Below, in pieces: positions 58,289 to 64,000 of a stretch of DNA of 64,000 nucleotides. The translations under genes and the position numbers were made by a program. Origin of the DNA: an uncultured delta proteobacterium (GTDB lineage Bacteria; Myxococcota_A; Polyangia; Polyangiales; Polyangiaceae). Position 1 is the first letter of the stretch, and every line of letters begins with the position of its first letter. The notes under the pieces were generated by a model, which was not told where the DNA came from, did not search any database, and saw only the letters and a program-made list of their open reading frames with translations. The DNA lies in contig CAVQUB010000003.1 of the NCBI GenBank assembly GCA_963716725.1, positions 32,001 through 96,000 on the forward strand, read 5' to 3'.

Positions 58289-58857
58289 TGGCCCCGCCGC
58301 TGGTCGGGATCTTCGTCGGCGGAAAGGGGCGGCGCATGGGCGGCGTCGCCAAGGGACTCCTGACCGCGCCCGGCGGAGGCGAGACGCTGGTCGCCCGCCT
58401 CGCGCGCATCGTCCGCGATGCGTACGACGAAGTAGATCTGCTGCTGGTGGGGACCGCCGACGCCTACGCGAGCCACGGGCTGCCGAGCCTCGCCGACGAT
58501 CCGCCCGGGGTTGGGCCCATCGGCGGGCTCACGGCGTTGCTGAACGAAGGCAAGCGGCGTGGCGCGCCCTTCGTGCTGACCCTCGCCTGCGATCTGCCCT
58601 ACGTGAACGCTGCGCTCTTGAGGCGCCTACGCGACTTCTCACCAGCCGCAGCGGCGGTGGCCGCGCGCCAGGGAACGCACTGGCAACCCTTGTGCGCGCG
58701 CTTTGATCCGGTAGCGGCGCAACCGATCGCGCACGCTCTGATCCGCGGAGGCGCGCGCTCGCTGCAAGCGGTGCTCGATGCGCTCTCAGCCACGGAGCTG
58801 CCCCTCGACTCCGATCACGATCTCAGAGACTGGGACGAGCCCGGCGACGTGGAGTGA
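58288..58857 (+). CDS. mobA: molybdenum cofactor guanylyltransferase
   Basis: GGKGRRMGG.AKG, GPIGGL, LACDLP, QPLCA. Confidence 0.85.
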   Translation: MAPPLVGIFVGGKGRRMGGVAKGLLTAPGGGETLVARLARIVRDAYDEVDLLLVGTADAYASHGLPSLADDPPGVGPIGGLTALLNEGKRRGAPFVLTLACDLPYVNAALLRRLRDFSPAAAAVAARQGTHWQPLCARFDPVAAQPIAHALIRGGARSLQAVLDALSATELPLDSDHDLRDWDEPGDVE

Positions 58858-58949
58858 GCTCAGCGGCGCCGACGGGCACAGGCGGGAATTGCGCCGCTGT
58901 TCACGAAGCGCTCCCAGCGCACGCTCGGCGCCATGGCCCCTTCACCTGC

Positions 58950-59149
58950 GCCGCGCAAAGGCTATCGCGTTGCGCGTGCCGCAGGTCTGGCTCGTCGACC
59001 CGCTGGAGCACCTGCTCGAGGTGCTCCGGCTCGAAGGGGATCGCTACTCGATTCTGTCCGTGCACCAGCACGCCGAATCGGTGCGGGCCGAGCCCTTCGA
59101 CGCCATTGCGCTCGATCTGTCGCTGCTGTGGGCGGACGTGAAGCTCTGA
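58950..59149 (+). pseudogene. C-terminal fragment of a Uma2-family endonuclease
   Basis: VPQVWLVDP...LEVLRL...VRAEPFDAIALDLSLLW; N-terminus absent. Confidence 0.75.
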
Positions 59150-59199
59150 CGGTCGGGCAGGCCGCTTCCATGCTCCGAAGGCTGCTGCTGGCGTGTGGA

Positions 59200-60564
59200 T
59201 CACCGCTTGGTCGCGCGACGTGCTGCCACGAACGCCAGCGCGAGCAGCGACGCCACACCAAAGTCGCGTGATTGCCCGCCGGGCGTGCGGCAACTGCAAT
59301 CGCCGGCGTCGTCCTTGAGCAGGTGGGTCTTCTGACCCCCGCCACCGTTGCCACTGGTGCCGGCGTCGCTGCCGCTGGCGCCTCCCGCACCCGCGCTGCC
59401 CGCGGCGCCTGCGCTGCCCGCGCTGCCGTCTCCTGCGCAGTCCACCACGTCGAAGGTCAGGCTCATCTCGGGCCCAAACCAGGCCTTGAGCTCGTCGACC
59501 AACTGCCAACGAGACTCGTAGACGCCAGGCGTGGTCGGGGCCGTGCCCGCGATGCCCGGCGTCTTGCTGAACAGGGTGCGACGACACTTGGGTTGGTCGT
59601 TGCAGTCGCCGCCCGGTGGGCTCGCGCTCGCGGAGTGCACCTCGGTGTTGGCGTTGGCATTCAAGCTGACGCGGCTGGTGCCGGTGAAGGGATCGAGGCC
59701 GTCGCCCGGGACGCCGAGGCGCACGGCCTGTCCGTCGCCGCCGCCGCTCGAGTCCGTCCACGCCACGCTGCCGGTGTTCTCGAGCTCGAACCAGAAATGC
59801 AGCTTGTCACCGGCACACACGCGGTAGTCGGCGGCGCCCGCGGGATCGACCTCGGCGTCGCTGCCCTTGGCGATCAACTTGGCGCCGAGCTTCGCCACCA
59901 CGGGTCCGACCAGCTCTTGGTATGCCGCGACCAGCGAGGTGTAGGGCGGAACGAAGATCTTGCCGAGACCCGAGACGTTCTGCTCGAGATCGAAGTGCAG
60001 GTGCACGGTGGTCGGGGTGCCGCCGAACTCGTTGGACACCTTGCCCAGGAGCTGGCCCCGCTTGACGGTCGCTCCGGTCGAGACCGCGACGCTGCCCATG
60101 TGCAGATAGCGGTAGACGGTGCCGTCGTTGCCCGTGAGGTAGACCGAGTAGGTGCCGATGCTGCTGATCTTGCCGTCGGTGGTGGCCGAGGTGCTGTGCA
60201 CGTTCTTGGTGCACGACGCGGCGCGAATGTCTTGCCCTTGGTGGCCCTTGCCTGCGGGGCAGAGCGGCATGGTCCAGCTCCGCGTCTCGCAGTAGTTGTC
60301 CCACCAGGGGTAGCTGAAGTTCTCGACGTCGCACTGACCCCCGCCGGGCCCGCTGTTGCCACCGTGTCCCCAGACCTGGGAGTTGGCGTAGGCCGGCGCC
60401 TTCTCGATGGGAAAGCGCATGCCCGGAGCGTAGATCTTGCTGTCGACGCGGCCGGTGCCGGAGCCCGAGACCAAGGTGCCAGCGGGCTTGTACGAGAAAT
60501 CCGCCGCCGCTGCGGAGCTCGCGAGCAGCAGCGTCGCGACGAAGGCGGTCGCGCGGAGCGTCAC
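59200..60564 (-). CDS. M23-family peptidase with Ig-like domain and MYXO-CTERM tail
   Basis: HQGQD, YLHM, HLHF zinc motifs; LENTGSVAW..W; CSCRTPG+TM+basic tail. Confidence 0.85.
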   Translation of the reverse strand: MTLRATAFVATLLLASSAAAADFSYKPAGTLVSGSGTGRVDSKIYAPGMRFPIEKAPAYANSQVWGHGGNSGPGGGQCDVENFSYPWWDNYCETRSWTMPLCPAGKGHQGQDIRAASCTKNVHSTSATTDGKISSIGTYSVYLTGNDGTVYRYLHMGSVAVSTGATVKRGQLLGKVSNEFGGTPTTVHLHFDLEQNVSGLGKIFVPPYTSLVAAYQELVGPVVAKLGAKLIAKGSDAEVDPAGAADYRVCAGDKLHFWFELENTGSVAWTDSSGGGDGQAVRLGVPGDGLDPFTGTSRVSLNANANTEVHSASASPPGGDCNDQPKCRRTLFSKTPGIAGTAPTTPGVYESRWQLVDELKAWFGPEMSLTFDVVDCAGDGSAGSAGAAGSAGAGGASGSDAGTSGNGGGGQKTHLLKDDAGDCSCRTPGGQSRDFGVASLLALAFVAARRATKR

Positions 60565-61130
60565 GGCCGCGCTCCCCGTCCGCCGACGTGAGCAAGAGAC
60601 TCGACCGCGTCGACCAGGAACTTGTCGTCGGCGCAGCGACCGTCCCCGGCCGTCGCGCATTCGACGTGGAGTGAATACGCGACGCCCCCCTCGCTCCACG
60701 AGGCCTGCCAGATGTTCGATTCGGCGGTGACAAAACCCTTCGCTCCCCGGAGCACGCGATCGCCGTCGACCGGCGCGATGTCGCCGTACTTGTAGGCGAG
60801 CTTCGAGGCGTGCAGCGCGAACGTCACGCCGTCAGCGGTCGCGGACACCGCCGCCCACACCGGACCGGTGGTGACGATCGCGTTGTTCGCCAGCGCGATG
60901 TTGGACGGCGCGAGGACCGGAACCGGGGACTTCGCCGCTTCAGCGCGAGCTGCAGCCGAGAGGCGGCTCTCGACCTCGCGATCGATCGGGGCCGTCCACG
61001 CGGGCTCGGTGACCTCCGCCGTGCGCGCCGGCGTCAGCGGCTGGGTGCTGCTCGCGACGACGGCCGGCGGCTCGGCCTCGCAGCCCAGAATCAAGAGTGA
61101 GACGATCAGGGGCGCGGCGCGCTTGGGCAT
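60561..61130 (-). CDS. hypothetical lipoprotein
   Basis: Lipobox ILGC; SPVPVLAP; overlaps the M23 gene start. Confidence 0.7.
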   Translation of the reverse strand: MPKRAAPLIVSLLILGCEAEPPAVVASSTQPLTPARTAEVTEPAWTAPIDREVESRLSAAARAEAAKSPVPVLAPSNIALANNAIVTTGPVWAAVSATADGVTFALHASKLAYKYGDIAPVDGDRVLRGAKGFVTAESNIWQASWSEGGVAYSLHVECATAGDGRCADDKFLVDAVESLAHVGGRGARP

Positions 61131-61139
61131 GAGCAGCCC

Positions 61140-61589
61140 TCAGTCTACGTGATCGTGGCGCCCGGTGCAGCGGGCATCTTTGAAGCCGACCCAGTAGGGG
61201 CCCTCGGGACCGTGCTCGCGTTTCCAGATCGGCACGCGCTCTTTGATCCGATCGATGAGCAGGCGGCAGGCTCGAAACGCCTCGTCGCGGTGGGGCGCGC
61301 TGGCCGCGCAAACGATGGCGAGGTCGCCGACCTCGAGCCGACCGACGCGGTGCAAGACCGCCACCCGCGTCCCGGGGATCTCGGCGGCGATCTCGTCGCC
61401 AATCTCGCGCATCTGCTTGACGGCCATGCTGGCGTAGGCCTCGTACTCGAGCAGCGTGATCGGCAGGTGGTCGTTCTCGTCGCGCACGGTGCCGATGAAG
61501 AGGCTCGTGCCGCCGGCGCTCGGGTGCGCCACGGCAGCCGTCACCTCGTCGACGGACAGGGCTTCATCACGGATTTCGAACAGGGTCAT
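61140..61589 (-). CDS. moaE: molybdopterin synthase catalytic subunit
   Basis: FIGTVRD, LEYEAY, HRVG.L.VG, SAPHR, PIWKRE. Confidence 0.93.
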   Translation of the reverse strand: MTLFEIRDEALSVDEVTAAVAHPSAGGTSLFIGTVRDENDHLPITLLEYEAYASMAVKQMREIGDEIAAEIPGTRVAVLHRVGRLEVGDLAIVCAASAPHRDEAFRACRLLIDRIKERVPIWKREHGPEGPYWVGFKDARCTGRHDHVD

Positions 61590-62473
61590 CGCGAATAATC
61601 TCCGGAACGCCCTCCGGATTTGGAGAGCAGGCGGGTCGGACCGAGCTCCATCGAGCGGTCGTAGGCTTTCAGCATGTCGTAAACCGTCAGCGCCGCCACC
61701 GAGGCCGCGCACAAAGCCTCCATCTCGACGCCGGTGCGATCGAAGGTCTCGACGGTGCACAGAACGTGAGCTCGACGCGCGCTGGGCTCGAGCTCGATCT
61801 CGACGCTCACATGGGTGATGGCGATGGCGTGACAGAGCGGGATCAGATCGCTGGTGCGCTTGGCGGCCTGGATGCCAGCGATGCGCGCGGTCGCAAGCAC
61901 GTCGCCCTTGCCGGCGCTGGCGCCGTCGAGCCGCGCAAAGGCCTCCGGCCCCATGCTCACGAAGCTCTCGGCGACAGCGCGCCGCAACGTCGAGTTCTTG
62001 GCTCCCACGTCCACCATGCGCACCGCGCCGCTCGGCGAGAGGTGCGTCGAGAGCACGCTGGCCCCGACGATCTCGGCGTAGGCCGCGGCGATGCGCTCGG
62101 CGCGCCCCTTCGACGCGACCTTGCCGAGCGCGTAGCGATCGAGGGCGCTGAGGCCAGACCAGAGCGCGATCGGCAGCGGGCGACTCTCGCCAAACGCGTC
62201 GGTGATGAACTTCGGCGCGGCGTCAGCCGGGGGATCGGCGACCGCGAGGGTCGACTCCGGCGCGGGATCCGCGGGCCCGAGCAGCGCGCGGGCCGCATCG
62301 AGGTCGACGGCTTCGGTCTCGCCGGCCTCGACCATGGACCGGCGAGCATCCAGCCCGAGGCTCAGCCAGCCTGCCCTCGACAAACGTTGACCGAGCCGAT
62401 CGAGGACGCGGCGCGCCGCCAGCGGCAACAGCAGCAGGCGGTCGTCCACTTCGTCGAAGACGTAGAGCTTCAC
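61586..62473 (-). CDS. moaC: MoaC with N-terminal nitrate-reductase-associated-like domain
   Basis: THL...G.VRMVDVGAK, KGDVL..ARIAGI, LIPLCH, TGVEMEAL, YDMLKA; N-terminal LPLAARRVLD...W..L..LDRYALGK. Confidence 0.88.
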   Translation of the reverse strand: MKLYVFDEVDDRLLLLPLAARRVLDRLGQRLSRAGWLSLGLDARRSMVEAGETEAVDLDAARALLGPADPAPESTLAVADPPADAAPKFITDAFGESRPLPIALWSGLSALDRYALGKVASKGRAERIAAAYAEIVGASVLSTHLSPSGAVRMVDVGAKNSTLRRAVAESFVSMGPEAFARLDGASAGKGDVLATARIAGIQAAKRTSDLIPLCHAIAITHVSVEIELEPSARRAHVLCTVETFDRTGVEMEALCAASVAALTVYDMLKAYDRSMELGPTRLLSKSGGRSGDYSR

Positions 62474-62519
62474 GGCGGCGAAGGTATCACACGGCGCCCC
62501 GTGCAATACTCCGTGCACC

Positions 62520-63905
62520 GTGCGCGCTCCCGTCGTCGCCCTCGCCCTGACGGCCGCCCTCCTCCCGGGTTGTCCGCGCGCGCCGGGCGACGTCGCGGCC
62601 GGTGCCGTCACGACCGCCGGCGCCTGTCGCGTACGCGTCGAGGACACAGCGTTCACTGTCGTCCCGCCCGAGCCCATGCCTGCGCCGCGGTCCCGGGTCG
62701 GCGTCGAGGTGAACGCCAGCCTCGCTGCCCTGGAGCGGGAGCTCGCCAAGCAGGTGCCGGTGACGCTGGCCGCCGAGCGTCGCCGATCGGTCGGCACGGC
62801 GGGCGAGGTCAGCTACGTGGTTCGACGCGGCCGCTTCGGCATCGCGCTCGACACCTCTCGCCTCGCGGTCAAGGTGCCGGTCGAGGTCGAGGCCGAGGTC
62901 TGCAAGCCCCTCGGTCCGTTCTGCCCGACCTATGGGCGCTGCAGCCCGCGCCTGATGGCGCTGGCCAGCGTGCCTCTGCTGCTCAGTGACAGCTACGAGA
63001 TCGGCAAGAGCCGCGTCTCGATCTCGGTGCACCGCCCGTGCATCATCGGCGGCTACGACGCCACCCCGCAGATCAAGTCACAGGCTGCGAACCAGGTCGG
63101 ACAGGTGCAGGCCCGGATCGACGCGGCGATGCCCAATCTGCGCCCAAGCGTCAACAGCGTGTGGGAGCTCTTGCATCACCCCATCGCGCTCGGAAGCTCG
63201 ACTTGCCTGCGCATCGAGCCCGATCGAGTCACGCAGAATCGCCCGGTGCTCAAAGACGGAGCGTTGATCACCGAGCTCGGCGCCGAAGGCACGCTGCGCA
63301 TCGAAGATCCCTGCGAGCCAAACGTCGCTGTCAAGCCCGGGCCACTGCCGCGCCTGGTCACCTCCGAGGCCTCCGCCACCGGAGTCGAGCTCCGAGTGGC
63401 GGTGCGCACGAGCTGGCTCGATGTGTCGGCGGAGCTGACGCGGTCGCTCACGAAGAAGGGCGCGTCGGAGGCCGAGACGCGGGTGGTGAAGGTCGAGGCC
63501 GAAGGCACACAACTGGGGACTCGCGCGCTGGTGGTGATGCGAGCGACTCTCGCCGGCGCGACCTGCGGCAACCTGCGGCTGCTGGCAGAGCCTTGGTTCG
63601 ACGGCGAGGCCGGTCGGCTCCGCTTGCGACGGATCGTGCTGGCGCCAGGCGCGCCGGAGGTGCCCGGCTTCGCCGCGCTCGCAGCGAGCATCGAGCAACA
63701 CGCTTCGGCCGCGCTGCCGGTGGACCTCAGCGCCGGTCCCGCCGCGTTGACCGCCCTTGTCCAGGGCTTTGGCCGGGATTTGCCGGACGGCGCCGAGATC
63801 GACGCCAAAATCGCCAAGTCCGCCGTCGAGCGGGTCCACCCCGAACGCGAAGGGCTGGTGGCACTTGCGGTTTTCTCTGGCCACACGACGTTTCGGCTGA
63901 GGTAG
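62520..63905 (+). CDS. DUF4403-like lipoprotein
   Basis: Lipobox LPGC; long beta-rich ORF with native coding bias. Family call is tentative. Confidence 0.6.
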   Translation: MRAPVVALALTAALLPGCPRAPGDVAAGAVTTAGACRVRVEDTAFTVVPPEPMPAPRSRVGVEVNASLAALERELAKQVPVTLAAERRRSVGTAGEVSYVVRRGRFGIALDTSRLAVKVPVEVEAEVCKPLGPFCPTYGRCSPRLMALASVPLLLSDSYEIGKSRVSISVHRPCIIGGYDATPQIKSQAANQVGQVQARIDAAMPNLRPSVNSVWELLHHPIALGSSTCLRIEPDRVTQNRPVLKDGALITELGAEGTLRIEDPCEPNVAVKPGPLPRLVTSEASATGVELRVAVRTSWLDVSAELTRSLTKKGASEAETRVVKVEAEGTQLGTRALVVMRATLAGATCGNLRLLAEPWFDGEAGRLRLRRIVLAPGAPEVPGFAALAASIEQHASAALPVDLSAGPAALTALVQGFGRDLPDGAEIDAKIAKSAVERVHPEREGLVALAVFSGHTTFRLR

Positions 63906-63915
63906 ACGAGCGTCG

Positions 63916-64000
63916 ATGCGTGCGAACGAACTCCCCCCGCTGACGGATCCTCGAGGGCGACCCCTCAGGGATCTGCGCCTCAGCGTGACCGATCGCTGCA
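63916..64000 (+). CDS. moaA: GTP 3',8-cyclase N-terminus (runs off the window)
   Basis: MRANELPPLTDPRGRPLRDLRLSVTDRC. Confidence 0.85.
   Translation, partial: MRANELPPLTDPRGRPLRDLRLSVTDRC

Overview
GC-rich bacterial chromosome segment, most likely Myxococcota (Polyangiales-like). This is inferred from a MYXO-CTERM-type tail, many Cys/Gly-rich lipoproteins, and Ser/Thr-kinase- and FHA-fused sigma54 activators. Housekeeping genes: fabH-like KAS III, trmB, CbiMQO/NikMQO ECF transporter, cysQ, msrB, prkA, ppk1, and the Moco genes moeA/mobA/moaE/moaC/moaA. Four accessory zones interrupt them. (1) 1-5 kb: an apparent sigma54 regulon (divergent sensor-kinase-like gene, double Spy/CpxP lipoprotein, two DUF1566 lipoproteins) with three -24/-12 promoters and four copies of a shared CTGCR-N5-CGCAG box. 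(2) 5-8.5 kb: an HNH/RuvA-C gene beside an IS1182-family element. (3) 39.5-46.5 kb: a secreted-protein island headed by a sphingomyelinase-like EEP gene with a (CACG)11 tract at its start, a candidate phase-variation switch. (4) 50.5-51.7 kb: an IS630 shell whose DDE region is replaced by an inverted-repeat-flanked GxxExxY cassette. Gene remnants (AbiEii, Uma2, two sigma54-activator fragments) and frameshifts (GMC oxidoreductase, heavily in prkA) are present; some may be assembly errors. No rRNA, tRNA or CRISPR array was recognised. All family calls are by eye from motifs; no database search was run.
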